From Polyangiales bacterium (GTDB taxonomy: Bacteria; Myxococcota_A; Polyangia; Polyangiales; Polyangiaceae): a stretch of DNA of 64,000 nt. Of the stretch, positions 48,260-58,258 are shown piece after piece. Position 1 is the first letter of the stretch, and each line of letters opens with the position of its first letter. The translations under genes and the position numbers were made by a program. The stretch covers positions 1-64,000 of the forward strand of contig JBBRNJ010000025.1 in assembly GCA_038230375.1 (NCBI GenBank), in the 5' to 3' direction. The notes below the pieces were generated by a model that saw only the letters and a list, made by a program, of their open reading frames with translations, did not search any database and was not told the DNA's origin.

Positions 48260-48883
48260 TCAATCCTGCGCGCCCCTGGCTGCAGCGGATGCGTCGCGGT
48301 AGCGGCGCTTGAGGTCGCGGTCCTTGTTGATCGGATCGTGAGCCTCATCGGGCCGGGTGTCGAAATGGATGCCGCAGGCATTCAGGACCGAGAACATCTG
48401 GACGAGGTGTGCGAGCCGCCGGTCGTCGTCGTCGGCTGGAGTGAGCGTCCCATCTTGCAGCGCGAACGCACGCCGAAGGGAGCTGAGCTCGCTCTCGAGC
48501 CCGGCTTCTTCTGCGGCCCGCTCGAGGGCGGTCCGACGGACGCCGAGCTCGTCCTTGCACATCGCAACCAGCGACGTCTCGTCGAGCGGAAACAGCGCGC
48601 CGCGTTCCTTGAAGAAATGAAGAACCAGGGCGTAGCCGTGGCCGAACACGCAATAGCCGCATCCGTTGCTGAGCGAGATGCCCGCACAAACGAGATGGGT
48701 GCGGAGGGGGCCAAGGTGCTTCAGCGCGGCTTCGTAGCGCGGCATGTTCCGCACGAACCATGACACCGCACCAACACCGCCGAGCTGCTCGGCGATGTCG
48801 GGCATGAGGTTCGGCGAGAATCCCCAGAGCGTTCGCCCTATGAACCGGAGGAGGCTCGCGACAACGGCTTTATCGGCACGCAC
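48260..48883 (-). CDS. AhpD/carboxymuconolactone decarboxylase-like protein
   Basis: SLSNGCGYCVFGH CxxC motif; TATGCT 6 nt before GTG. Confidence 0.6.
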   Translation of the reverse strand: MRADKAVVASLLRFIGRTLWGFSPNLMPDIAEQLGGVGAVSWFVRNMPRYEAALKHLGPLRTHLVCAGISLSNGCGYCVFGHGYALVLHFFKERGALFPLDETSLVAMCKDELGVRRTALERAAEEAGLESELSSLRRAFALQDGTLTPADDDDRRLAHLVQMFSVLNACGIHFDTRPDEAHDPINKDRDLKRRYRDASAAARGAQD

Positions 48884-48935
48884 GCGGCGAGCATACGCGA
48901 ATCAGCGATCGGTCCGGCGTGATAGGTTCGGACCC

Positions 48936-49200
48936 ATGGCTGCTTCCAGTGTCGACGAATACCTCGCCGCGCTTCCGGCCGACCGTCGTGCGGTCTACCG
49001 TTCATCAACCTTGCAGCAAAGAAGGCCCATGTCGCGCTCTACATGATGTGCATCTCCGGCAATGCAAAGCTCAGCAAGTGGTTCGTGGACGAGTACAAGA
49101 AGACCGGCAAGAAGCTCGACATGGGCAAGGGCTGCGTGCGCTTCAAGCGCCTCGACGACCTCGCGCTCGACGTGGTCGGCAAGACCATCGCGCGGAGAGC
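48936..49200 (+). pseudogene. DUF1801 (YdhG-like) gene remnant
   Basis: MAASSVDEYLAALPADRRA joined out of frame (near 48995) to LPFINLA...KLDMGKGCVRFKRLDDL; normal C-terminus apparently absent. Confidence 0.75.
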
Positions 49201-49226
49201 GCAGCACGCGCCGCAGCTGACGTTGT

Positions 49227-50684
49227 TCAGGCGCGGAGGAGGGACTGCTGCAGCATGCGGATTCCGCCTTCGAGCTCGGCGAAGATCTCGACCCAGAGGT
49301 TGCCGTTGGCGTCCCAGCCATTGCCCGTGGCATCGCAGGCCTTCAGGATTGCGAAGTTCCGGTGCGTCAGGACGTGCCTCTCGGGCGAGCCGGCAAGTGG
49401 CAATAGCCTGCCGTGGAAGTCCGGACACGTGAGGTCCATGGACGCGCCATTCGCCACCAGTCCAAGCAGGGCAGACTCGAGCCCCGACGGAGGCGGCCGC
49501 GCGACGCCGGACGACGTTATCTGAAACAGCCTGGGCGACGTCGCGCTCGGACCCAGCTTGAGCGACGTGTCGATCTGTCCGAGCGAGCCAAGGTGAATGT
49601 CGCCCGCGACGACGCTCACCTGCGTGCCGCTGCTGGCCGCAAAGTTCAGCAGCATGAGCAAGAAGCGGCGGCACTCTCCCTGGTTGTTCGGGGATACCCA
49701 GCCGTCCCTCAGATCGTCGGTCATTCCCGTGCCGAATGCCTCGGACAGCTTCAGCGCTGCAAGGATGGGCACGAACACCGGCGGCGTGCCCACCACCACG
49801 AACAGGTGCTTGAGGCCCTTGGTGGCGAGCGCGGCGAGCGTGTGGGCGAGAGCCTGGAACTGCTCGTCGCCGAGCACGCGGTGCTCCGTGTACATGCGAT
49901 GACGTCGACCATCCACGGCAAGGATGCCGATGCCGTTGAAGTCGAAGCTCCAGGCGTAACTGCCAGTGTCAAAGCGCGGCGGATTGACGCATACCTGGAA
50001 GTCCTCGAACGCCTGGGTCGCGGCGCCAAAGCGGAATTGCGCGTCAGGCGATGAGTCGTTGTCGTTCGAGCCGTATCCGTCGTAGATCTCGTGGTCGTCC
50101 CACATCATCACGGACGGGCAGGAGCCGAGCACGCCCGCGACGTCGGCGTTCGTCCACGTGTTGACGTAGTGGCGCCTGTAGGCCTCCAGGTGATCCTCGC
50201 CGGGCAGCAGGCCGTGGGGGCGCTCGTCGCCGTAGATCTGGTCGCCCGCGTGGATGATGAGGTCGACGTTGCGCGCGTTCACCTGCTGCTGCAACGCGCG
50301 CCAGAGCGCAGCGCGCTTGGCCGGCGGGTACTGCTTGCTGGTCAGGTCGTTGCAGCTCACGAGGCCCACGCGGAGCGGGCGGTTCGTGGGCAGGAGCCAG
50401 AACGAGCGCGCGCCACCCGCAAGCATGGCGGCGGGCGCCTGAAGCGCTGCAACGTCCGCTTCGGCCGCGAGCGCATAGCGGACATTCGCGGAGGCCGAGA
50501 GCCCGGCGAGCGCGAAGACGGCGCGGCCAAAGGGCCGGATGTCCTCGAGCGCGACGTCGAGCGAGCGTGGTCCGCTGCCGTCGTCATACGCAAGTCGCGC
50601 GGTGCCAGCGCCAACCTCGAAGACGCCAAGAATGCGCGCGGTGCTCGCTGTTGTGTGGCCGACAACCGTGGTTCGTAGCTGCAT
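49227..50684 (-). CDS. PhoD-like metallophosphoesterase
   Basis: VSCN, GDQIYGD, WDDHEIYDG and GDIH motifs. Confidence 0.85.
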   Translation of the reverse strand: MQLRTTVVGHTTASTARILGVFEVGAGTARLAYDDGSGPRSLDVALEDIRPFGRAVFALAGLSASANVRYALAAEADVAALQAPAAMLAGGARSFWLLPTNRPLRVGLVSCNDLTSKQYPPAKRAALWRALQQQVNARNVDLIIHAGDQIYGDERPHGLLPGEDHLEAYRRHYVNTWTNADVAGVLGSCPSVMMWDDHEIYDGYGSNDNDSSPDAQFRFGAATQAFEDFQVCVNPPRFDTGSYAWSFDFNGIGILAVDGRRHRMYTEHRVLGDEQFQALAHTLAALATKGLKHLFVVVGTPPVFVPILAALKLSEAFGTGMTDDLRDGWVSPNNQGECRRFLLMLLNFAASSGTQVSVVAGDIHLGSLGQIDTSLKLGPSATSPRLFQITSSGVARPPPSGLESALLGLVANGASMDLTCPDFHGRLLPLAGSPERHVLTHRNFAILKACDATGNGWDANGNLWVEIFAELEGGIRMLQQSLLRA

Positions 50685-50743
50685 GGCAGCGGCGTATCCC
50701 AGGTCGCGCGAACAAAGAAGCAAATGCGGCGTGCAGTGGTCGC

Positions 50744-51184
50744 CTATGCGGACTCGAGGATGGACTTCAATGCCGCGAGGTCTTTCCGGTTCGCGCGGCG
50801 CATCGCGCTCGACATCAGCGGCGCCACGACCTTCCCGAAGCCCGACGGCTCGCCGCGGTTTCGCAGCGTCATTCGCGTCCCACCCGACGGTGCGAGCTCC
50901 CAGGTGTACGTCGTCTCCATCGGGAAGGGCCCCTCGCTCGTGCGCATGACAAGACGCTCGTCCGGCGCGAGCTCGACGATCTCGTAGGTGTAAGCGAGGC
51001 GGCGACCAAGGAACCGCGCGACGAACGCGACGCGGGAACCAACGGCCAGCGGCGGTGGCGTCTCCCACTCGACGGACTTGATGTTGACGTACCAGAGCGG
51101 CGCGTTGTCCGGCTCGCGCGCGTACGCGGCGACGGTGGCGGGCGGGCGGTCAATGACGATCTCGGTGACGACGTCGACGCTCAT
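50744..51184 (-). CDS. SRPBCC/polyketide cyclase family protein
   Basis: IVIDRP..TV...[15 protein letters not shown]. Confidence 0.9.
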   Translation of the reverse strand: MSVDVVTEIVIDRPPATVAAYAREPDNAPLWYVNIKSVEWETPPPLAVGSRVAFVARFLGRRLAYTYEIVELAPDERLVMRTSEGPFPMETTYTWELAPSGGTRMTLRNRGEPSGFGKVVAPLMSSAMRRANRKDLAALKSILESA

Positions 51185-51218
51185 GGGTTGCGATCACCTG
51201 TACCTCTCCGCGGGCAGC

Positions 51219-51266
51219 GAGACAATGCGCTATATTTCGACCATGTCGTCCCATGAATGAGACAAT
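51219..51266. promoter_or_regulatory. Putative LysR binding sites
   Basis: GAGACAAT occurs twice; imperfect dyad GTCCCA-TGAA-TGAGAC overlaps the LysR start. Confidence 0.4.
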
Positions 51267-52161
51267 CCGGATCGAGGACATGCGCCTCTTCGCAAGCGTC
51301 GCCGAGGCCAGGAGCTTCACTGCAGCCGCGCGCATTCTGGGCGTTCCCAAGCAGACACTCAGCCGCCGGATCGCGGAGCTCGAGCGCGCGCTTGGCGTCG
51401 GCCTCCTGCACCGTACGACCCGTCGACTGACGCTCACCGACACGGGGGCCGCGTATGCCGAGCGCTGCGCCGAGATCGTGCGGCTCGCGGGGGACGCGAA
51501 CCGCGCCGCGACCGATGTGAATGACGTACCGCGCGGCACGTTGCGTGTCACTGCGGATCCAGTCTTCGGCGAAGCGTTCGTCACGGGTCTCGTGAAGGAC
51601 TACGCCAGGCGATGGCCGGAGGCGCGGATCGAGGTCATCCTCACACGGCGCCGCGTCGATCTCGTGGAGGAGCGCTTTGACGTCGCCTTTCGCATCGGCC
51701 GCTCCGACGACGCCGCGCTCTCTGGCGTTGCTCTTGGCGCAGCGCGCGTCCGCTTCTGCGCGAGCCCGGCCTACGTCGCGCGGCGCGGCGCGCCATCGAA
51801 GGTCGCGGAGCTCGCCGACCACGACTGCATCGTGGTCTCGGACGGCGGGCCCGCGCGTTGGCCGATCCCCGGTCCTGGCGGCCCCAGGCTCGTCGCGGTT
51901 TCAGCGCGCATCTCGGTCACGAGCTTCGCGATGGCGCACTCCGCCGCGCTCGCAGGCCTTGGCATCGCTTTGTTCCCGGAGTTCGCCTGCGCGAGCGACC
52001 TCCGACGCAAGCGCCTCGTCCCGGTGCTCCGTACGGACGCTGTCGACGTGGGCTCCGTCTGGCTCCTGTACCCAGCGCACCGCTTCCTGCCTGCGCGGGT
52101 CCGCGCCTTCGTCGATCTCGCGCGCGAGCGATTCGCGTCGGCGCCCCCGTGGGAGCCCTGA
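51253..52161 (+). CDS. LysR-family regulator (CrgA/DmlR-like)
   Basis: SFTAAARILG...LSRRIAELE...LLHRTTR; VDLVEERFDVAFR. Confidence 0.95.
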   Translation: MNETIRIEDMRLFASVAEARSFTAAARILGVPKQTLSRRIAELERALGVGLLHRTTRRLTLTDTGAAYAERCAEIVRLAGDANRAATDVNDVPRGTLRVTADPVFGEAFVTGLVKDYARRWPEARIEVILTRRRVDLVEERFDVAFRIGRSDDAALSGVALGAARVRFCASPAYVARRGAPSKVAELADHDCIVVSDGGPARWPIPGPGGPRLVAVSARISVTSFAMAHSAALAGLGIALFPEFACASDLRRKRLVPVLRTDAVDVGSVWLLYPAHRFLPARVRAFVDLARERFASAPPWEP

Positions 52162-52438
52162 TCCCACCCCAAGGCCGCATGCGCGCTAACTGCGCGGCGG
52201 GGTCTCGATCCGGCCTCGCCCCGCTGGGTCACGCCAATGCGGCCAAAGCCCCGATCCCCGACCCCGGCGATCCAAAAGCGCCGCGACATCATCGAGGACG
52301 CGCTCCAGCTCGAGCGCCGCGATGCGCGGCCCTTGGAACCGCCACTGTCGGCGCTGCGGCCACGTTCCGCTGGCTCCTGGCCGAAACGGTCAGGCGCACC
52401 TTAATCGCGTCACGGGCGGCGCCGTTTTTCCCAAGACG

Positions 52439-52768
52439 ATGGCAGCGCGCGCTCAGCTTGAGGTCACGGATACAGGGGAAGGTCCGCTTGGCGTGGTTAT
52501 TCGCGGGACCGTGGATATCGCGGCCGTTGCGGCGCTGCGGCAGGAGCTGCTGGACGCCATGACGCCGCATCGCAACGTCGTCGTGTTCGTGGACCAGGTT
52601 GAAAAGCTGGACGGCGCGGGGGTCCAGCTCCTGTTCGCGGCGAAGCGCTTCACGGAGCGCCGCGAGCGAACCTTCACGCTGGTCGTTGGCGACGGAAGCG
52701 CCCGAAGGGCAATCGAAACCGCTGGAGCTGGCAATGAGCTCGAAGGAGAAGAGAAATGTCGAAGGTAG
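52439..52768 (+). CDS. STAS-domain (anti-anti-sigma) protein
   Basis: IRGTVDI...DQVEKLDGAGVQLL; first gene of the che operon. Confidence 0.85.
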   Translation: MAARAQLEVTDTGEGPLGVVIRGTVDIAAVAALRQELLDAMTPHRNVVVFVDQVEKLDGAGVQLLFAAKRFTERRERTFTLVVGDGSARRAIETAGAGNELEGEEKCRR

Positions 52769-53121
52769 CACTCGTCGTGGATGACTCGATGATCATCCGA
52801 AAAATGGTCTCTCAGACGCTCGTGAAGCTCGGCTTCGAGGTGATCGATGCGCCGGACGGGATGGCGGGGCTCGAGGCCGCGACGGGCAAGGAGCTCGCGC
52901 TGATCATCACGGATTACAACATGCCGCGCATGAACGGCCTGGAGCTCATCAAGGAGCTCCGCGCGCTCCCCGGCCACAAGTTCACGCCCGTGGTGTTCCT
53001 GACGACCGAGATGGAGGAGCGTCTTCGCAACGAGGCGCGCGCGGCGGGCGCCACCGCGTGGATCGTGAAGCCATTCCACCCGGACAAGGTCGTGGCAGTC
53101 GTCCAGAAGCTTGCGGCGTGA
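52756..53121 (+). CDS. cheY: CheY response regulator
   Basis: VVDDS, ITDYNMP, LTTE and WIVKPF motifs. Confidence 0.95.
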   Translation: MSKVALVVDDSMIIRKMVSQTLVKLGFEVIDAPDGMAGLEAATGKELALIITDYNMPRMNGLELIKELRALPGHKFTPVVFLTTEMEERLRNEARAAGATAWIVKPFHPDKVVAVVQKLAA

Positions 53122-53125
53122 AGCC

Positions 53126-55165
53126 ATGTCCGAGATCAACATCGACATGGACGGGCTCCTCGAGATGTTCTTCGAGGAAGCCGAGGAGCATCTGACCGCG
53201 TTCGAGAACGGCCTCCTGGAGCTGGAGGATGCTCCGGGCAACCTCGAGGTCGTCGCGCGCATCTTTCGAGCGGCGCACTCGATCAAGGGCGCCAGTGGAA
53301 CGTTCGGCCTGACCGAAGTCACGCGATTTACCCACGCGCTGGAGACGGTGCTCGATCGACTTCGCGCCGGTAGCCTTGCCTACTCGCGGGAGCTGGCTCA
53401 AGTCTTTCTTCCGTCCGTCGATGTGCTTCGAGGCCTGGTTCGGGCCGCACGCGAAGGAACCGCGGCGCCGCCCGAGGCCGCCCAGATCAGGCTCGCGCTC
53501 GAGGCATTCGTGCACACGGTGCCCGTCACGACGACATCGACGGAGCCCGTCGCCGTGAAGAGCGGCGCGCGCGACGTCATCGTGCGGGTTCTGCCGAAGC
53601 TCGAGTTCATGTCGCGCGGAATGGACCCGCTCGCGATCCTGCGTGACCTTGCGGACTTCGGTGAGATCGTTTCGCGCGACGTCGATGCGACGTCGGTGCC
53701 GGAGCTGGACGTTCTGGACCCGGAACAGATGCATCTCTCGTTTCGCATCGGACTTCGCACGGAGAAGACCGACGCGGAGATCGCAGAGGTCTTCGCGTTC
53801 GTGGACGATCTGTGTGCGTTCAAGATCGAAGAAGTCGCCGTACCCGTGCGGGCGGCAGCCACGGAGATCGAGCCGGCGCCCGTCGAGCCAGGTCCTGTGA
53901 CCGTGAAGGACGCTGCGAACAGCGCAAAGAATCCCGGTGCGCCTGCAGGGACCATCCGTGTCTCCACGGAGAAGGTCGACAAGCTCCTGGACCTGGTGAG
54001 CGAGATCGTGATCGCGCAGGCGATGATCGTAGATGCGACGCGCGACCGCGGAAATGAGGCCGAGACGCGCCTGAACGAGGCGCTGCTCTCCCTGGACCGA
54101 CACACGCGCGAGCTACAGGAGCGCGTCATGTCCATCCGAATGGTGCCACTCGCCAGCGTGTTTGGAAGGCTGCCGCGCATGGTCCGTGATCTTGCGAGCG
54201 CCGTCGGCAAGAAGGTGCGTCTGGTAGTCGAAGGCGAGGGCACGGAGATCGACAAGAGCATGGTGGAGCAGCTCTCCGACCCGTTGACCCACCTAGTCCG
54301 GAACGCCGTGGACCACGGGCTGGAGTTCCCGGAGGACCGCATCAAGAAGGGCAAGCCCGAAGAGGGCATCGTTCGCATCCGCGCCTTCCACCAGGGCGGC
54401 AATGTCATCATCGAGGTCAGCGATGACGGCAAGGGTCTGGACACCGCGCAGATCCGCGACAAGGCGGAGCGCCTTGGGTTCGTCTCGCCCGAGGCCGTTC
54501 TCACAAGCGAGCAAATCCACGACTTCATCTTCCATGCCGGTTTTTCCACTGCGGCGAAGGTCACCGACGTGAGCGGACGTGGTGTTGGCATGGACGTCGT
54601 CAAGCGCAACGTCGAAGCACTGAAGGGCTCACTGTCGCTCTCGACGCAGCTCGGCAGCGGCACCGCAATGCGTCTGCGCCTTCCGCTCACGCTGGCGATC
54701 GTGGACGGGCTCGCCGTCCGCGTAGGCCGCCAGACCTTCGTCGTGCCACTTCTCTCCGTCCTCGAGTCCTTCCGGCCGTCGCCCGCGCAGGTGCGCGGCG
54801 TGCTCGGCACCTCCGAGGTCATCGACATGCGCGGTACATCGGTCCCGATGGTTCGCTTGCACGAGCTCATGAGCGAGCCGGACGCAGAGCGAGATCCCTC
54901 ACGGGCGCTCCTGTGCATCGTGGAGGCCAACGGCACGAACCTGGCACTGCTGGTGGACGACGTGATCGGCCAGGCCCAGTTCGTCGTGAAGAGCCTGGAG
55001 GTGAACTACCGCAAGGTGAACTACCTCATGGGAGCGACGATTCTGGGCGACGGACGCGTCGCCATGATCATCGACGTTCAATCACTTGCACGCAACACAC
55101 CACGCGCGGGCGCCATCACGGACGTCTCGGCCCTCGCGTCACACTCTGCCTCGGAGGCCGCATGA
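53126..55165 (+). CDS. cheA: Chemotaxis histidine kinase CheA
   Basis: Hpt FRAAHSIKG; DPLTHLVRNAVDHG, GFST, GRGVGMDVV; C-terminal CheW domain. Confidence 0.97.
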   Translation: MSEINIDMDGLLEMFFEEAEEHLTAFENGLLELEDAPGNLEVVARIFRAAHSIKGASGTFGLTEVTRFTHALETVLDRLRAGSLAYSRELAQVFLPSVDVLRGLVRAAREGTAAPPEAAQIRLALEAFVHTVPVTTTSTEPVAVKSGARDVIVRVLPKLEFMSRGMDPLAILRDLADFGEIVSRDVDATSVPELDVLDPEQMHLSFRIGLRTEKTDAEIAEVFAFVDDLCAFKIEEVAVPVRAAATEIEPAPVEPGPVTVKDAANSAKNPGAPAGTIRVSTEKVDKLLDLVSEIVIAQAMIVDATRDRGNEAETRLNEALLSLDRHTRELQERVMSIRMVPLASVFGRLPRMVRDLASAVGKKVRLVVEGEGTEIDKSMVEQLSDPLTHLVRNAVDHGLEFPEDRIKKGKPEEGIVRIRAFHQGGNVIIEVSDDGKGLDTAQIRDKAERLGFVSPEAVLTSEQIHDFIFHAGFSTAAKVTDVSGRGVGMDVVKRNVEALKGSLSLSTQLGSGTAMRLRLPLTLAIVDGLAVRVGRQTFVVPLLSVLESFRPSPAQVRGVLGTSEVIDMRGTSVPMVRLHELMSEPDAERDPSRALLCIVEANGTNLALLVDDVIGQAQFVVKSLEVNYRKVNYLMGATILGDGRVAMIIDVQSLARNTPRAGAITDVSALASHSASEAA

Positions 55166-55641
55166 GCACCCCCCAATCCAGCGACGCGAAGTCCAGTGAG
55201 CGTGGCCAGTATCTGAGCTTCGCGCTGGGCACGGACGAGTACGCGATCGAGATCCTGCGCGTGCAGGAGATCCTGAGCATCTGTCCCATCACGGCGCTGC
55301 CGCAGACACCCCCGCACGTTCGCGGCGTCATGAATCTGCGCGGCGCAGTGGTTCCCGTCATCGACATGCGCGGAGCCCTTGGCCTTGCGACGGAGCCCTA
55401 TGGCAAGTTCACTGTCATCATCGTTCTGTCGGTGAAAGGTCGCACAGTCGGCTTCGTGGTGGACAGCGTGTCCGACGTCCTCTCGTTCGACGAGAGCGCG
55501 ATCGAGCGTTCACCCGACCTCGGCGGTCGCGTCGATGCGTCCCTCGTCTCCGGAATCGCGCGCACGCAGGACCGGTTCGTGGTGCTCCTTGACACGGACC
55601 GGGTCGTCGGCGCGGACGTTCCGTTTGGTCTGGCCGCGTGA
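55162..55641 (+). CDS. cheW: CheW
   Basis: YLSF...EYAI...GVMNLRGAVVPVID...GFVVDSVSDV. Confidence 0.95.
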   Translation: MSTPQSSDAKSSERGQYLSFALGTDEYAIEILRVQEILSICPITALPQTPPHVRGVMNLRGAVVPVIDMRGALGLATEPYGKFTVIIVLSVKGRTVGFVVDSVSDVLSFDESAIERSPDLGGRVDASLVSGIARTQDRFVVLLDTDRVVGADVPFGLAA

Positions 55642-57164
55642 GCTCGGGCGTCACAATCGAGCGGGTTCCGCTGGACAGCCGGGACTTCGACGCGCTTCGA
55701 CGGCTCATCCAGGAAGCTGCCGGCATACACCTGGGTGACCAGAAGCGCGACCTGGTCGCGGGGCGCCTGCAATGCCGCCTTCGTCACCTGCGCATCTCGA
55801 CGTTCGGCGAGTACCTGCAGTTCCTTGCCGCCGAGGTGACAGGCGATGAAACGCGCGAGATGGTGAACTGCATCACCACGAACAAGACGAGCTTCTTTCG
55901 AGAGCCACATCACTTCGATTTCATCCGCGATCGACTTGTCCCCGAGTGCATCGCGCGAGCCCAGGCTGGCGCGCCACGCAAGATCCGGATCTGGAGCGCA
56001 GCATGCTCCATGGGACACGAGCCCTGGAGCATTGCCATGACGCTGGCGGATGCCCTGGGCTCCTTCAGCGGATGGGACATCCGTATCCTCGCGTCCGACC
56101 TGGATACGAACGTGCTCGCGACGGCGGAGGCCGCCACCTACGACGAGCTGGCGGTCGCCGACATTCCACCGCCACTACGCACCAAGTATCTGGAGCCCGC
56201 TCCAGAAGGTGGGGGACTTCAACGTGTCGTGGCGCCACTTCGCTCGCTGGTGACGTTCAGGCGGCTCAACCTGGTCAACCCCGGAACATGGTCCATCCGC
56301 ACCAAGTTCGACACCATCATGTGTCGTAACGTGGCTATCTACTTCGACAGATTGACACAAGAGTTGGTGTTCAAGGCGCTCGCCAGCCTACTCGAGCCGT
56401 CGGGGTACCTGATGAGCGGTCACTCGGAGAACCTGCACTGGCTTGCCGACGTGCTCACGCCGATGGGCAAGACCATCCATGCAAGGGCGGACGGAATCCC
56501 GCCGGCTCCCAAGAGCGGCACGCGTCCCACGGTCCGTGGGGCGCTGCTCGGACGCGCGGTCATCCCGCCGTCGCCCGTTCCCGCGATACTGGGAGGCGGT
56601 ATGCCATCGTTCGGCACGGGGCCCGAGATCGCCATTCAGGTCGGCGGAGTCCAGGCCAGCGCGAAGGGCGGCGTCATTCGCACTACCCTCGGCTCATGTG
56701 TCGCAGTGTGCCTTCATGACCCCGAGAGGCGCATCGGTGGGATGAATCACTTCCTATTGCCAGCAGACAACGGCTCCAGTCGTCACGCCTCGCACTTTGG
56801 CGTGCATTCGATGGAGCTCTTGATCAACGCGCTCATGAAGCTGGGCGCGGAGCGCTCCCGTCTTGTCGCGAAGGTGTTCGGAGGCGGAGCGACGATGGGC
56901 GGCGCTCTATCCACTAGCGTCGGAAAGCGCAACGCCGAGTTTGCGATCGGGTTTCTGGAAGACGAGGGTATCCGTGTGGCGGGCAAGAAGGTTGGTGGCC
57001 GAGCCGCGCTGTCAGTCCTCTTCGACACGGACTCCGGACTTGCTCGCGTGAAGGAGATCGGCGCAATCGCGGAGATCAATCGCGAGGAGCAGAGGGTGCT
57101 TGCTCGCATCTCGCAGTCGCCGCCCCCCATCGAACAAGACATAACCTTCTTCGGGTTGCCATGA
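55638..57164 (+). CDS. cheR-cheD: CheR methyltransferase - CheD deamidase fusion
   Basis: TTNKTSFFRE, IWSAACSMGHE, CRNVAIYF, GHSE; then TTLGSCVAVC, GGMNHF, AKVFGG. Confidence 0.9.
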   Translation: MSSGVTIERVPLDSRDFDALRRLIQEAAGIHLGDQKRDLVAGRLQCRLRHLRISTFGEYLQFLAAEVTGDETREMVNCITTNKTSFFREPHHFDFIRDRLVPECIARAQAGAPRKIRIWSAACSMGHEPWSIAMTLADALGSFSGWDIRILASDLDTNVLATAEAATYDELAVADIPPPLRTKYLEPAPEGGGLQRVVAPLRSLVTFRRLNLVNPGTWSIRTKFDTIMCRNVAIYFDRLTQELVFKALASLLEPSGYLMSGHSENLHWLADVLTPMGKTIHARADGIPPAPKSGTRPTVRGALLGRAVIPPSPVPAILGGGMPSFGTGPEIAIQVGGVQASAKGGVIRTTLGSCVAVCLHDPERRIGGMNHFLLPADNGSSRHASHFGVHSMELLINALMKLGAERSRLVAKVFGGGATMGGALSTSVGKRNAEFAIGFLEDEGIRVAGKKVGGRAALSVLFDTDSGLARVKEIGAIAEINREEQRVLARISQSPPPIEQDITFFGLP

Positions 57165-58258
57165 GTCTATCGATGAAGCGGATTCGCGTGTTAATCGTGG
57201 ACGACTCGGCGCTCATGCGTCAGCTGTTGACCCAGATCCTCAGTTCGGACCCGGAGATCGAGGTGGTGGGCGCGGCGGCGGACCCCGTGGCGGCGCGCGA
57301 CAAGATCCGCGCGCTTCGCCCGGACGTCCTGACGCTCGACGTGGAGATGCCGAAGCAGGATGGGATCACATTCCTGTCGCAGCTCATGGCGAGCACGCCG
57401 ATGCCGGTTGTCATGGTGTCCTCCCTGACGGAGCGTGGCGGCGAGATAACGCTGCGGGCGTTGGAGCTGGGTGCCGTCGACTTCGTGACGAAGCCGAAGA
57501 TCGATCTAACGCGCGGAACCGCGACGGTGGGCAGCGAGATCGTGAACAAGGTGAAAGCTGCGGCTCGTTCCCGTCCGCGCGTCCGCAAGACCGCTGTTGC
57601 GCCGTCAACCCCCATCGTCGGGCCCGCCGTCAGTGGCGTGCGGCTGCGCACGACGCAGCGGATCGTCGTCATCGGATCCTCGACCGGCGGCACGGAGGCG
57701 CTGCGCGAGATCCTGACACGCCTGCCGCCCGATTCGCCGCCCATCGTCGTGGTGCAGCACATGCCACCCGTGTTCACGCGGCAGTTCGCGGAACGGTTGG
57801 ACGGGCTCTGCAAGGTCCGCGTGAAGGAAGCCAAGAGCGGAGATGCGCTCGTCACCGGGCACGTGCTCATTGCACCAGGTGGCGAGTGCCATCTGGAGAT
57901 AGTGCGTAGTGGTGCGGCCTATGGGGTCGTGCTCGTTCCTGGTGCACCGGTCGGTCATCATCGTCCGTCCGTGGATGTGATGTTCGACTCTTGCGCCAGG
58001 GCGGCGGGGGCCAACGCAACGGGCGTGATCCTCACAGGAATGGGGAGCGACGGGGCAAAGGGGCTACTCGCAATGCGGCGCGCGGGCGCATCGACGCTGG
58101 CAGAGGACGAGAGCACGTGTGTTGTCTTCGGGATGCCAAAAGAGGCAATCGCCGCGGGCGGGGTGGAGCAAATAGTGCCGCTCGATCGAATGGCGATCGC
58201 CATTCTTCGCGCGGCCTCGGATAACGGATCTGGTAAACGGATGGAGGATGGACGATGA
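57161..58258 (+). CDS. cheB: CheB methylesterase
   Basis: REC domain (LDVEMP); GSSTGG, VQHMP and LTGMGSDGA motifs. Confidence 0.97.
   Translation: MSLSMKRIRVLIVDDSALMRQLLTQILSSDPEIEVVGAAADPVAARDKIRALRPDVLTLDVEMPKQDGITFLSQLMASTPMPVVMVSSLTERGGEITLRALELGAVDFVTKPKIDLTRGTATVGSEIVNKVKAAARSRPRVRKTAVAPSTPIVGPAVSGVRLRTTQRIVVIGSSTGGTEALREILTRLPPDSPPIVVVQHMPPVFTRQFAERLDGLCKVRVKEAKSGDALVTGHVLIAPGGECHLEIVRSGAAYGVVLVPGAPVGHHRPSVDVMFDSCARAAGANATGVILTGMGSDGAKGLLAMRRAGASTLAEDESTCVVFGMPKEAIAAGGVEQIVPLDRMAIAILRAASDNGSGKRMEDGR

Noticed and set aside
50685..51068. 128-aa N-terminal extension of the PhoD ORF
   Set aside because: Overlaps the SRPBCC gene in another frame and is Arg-rich shadow sequence.
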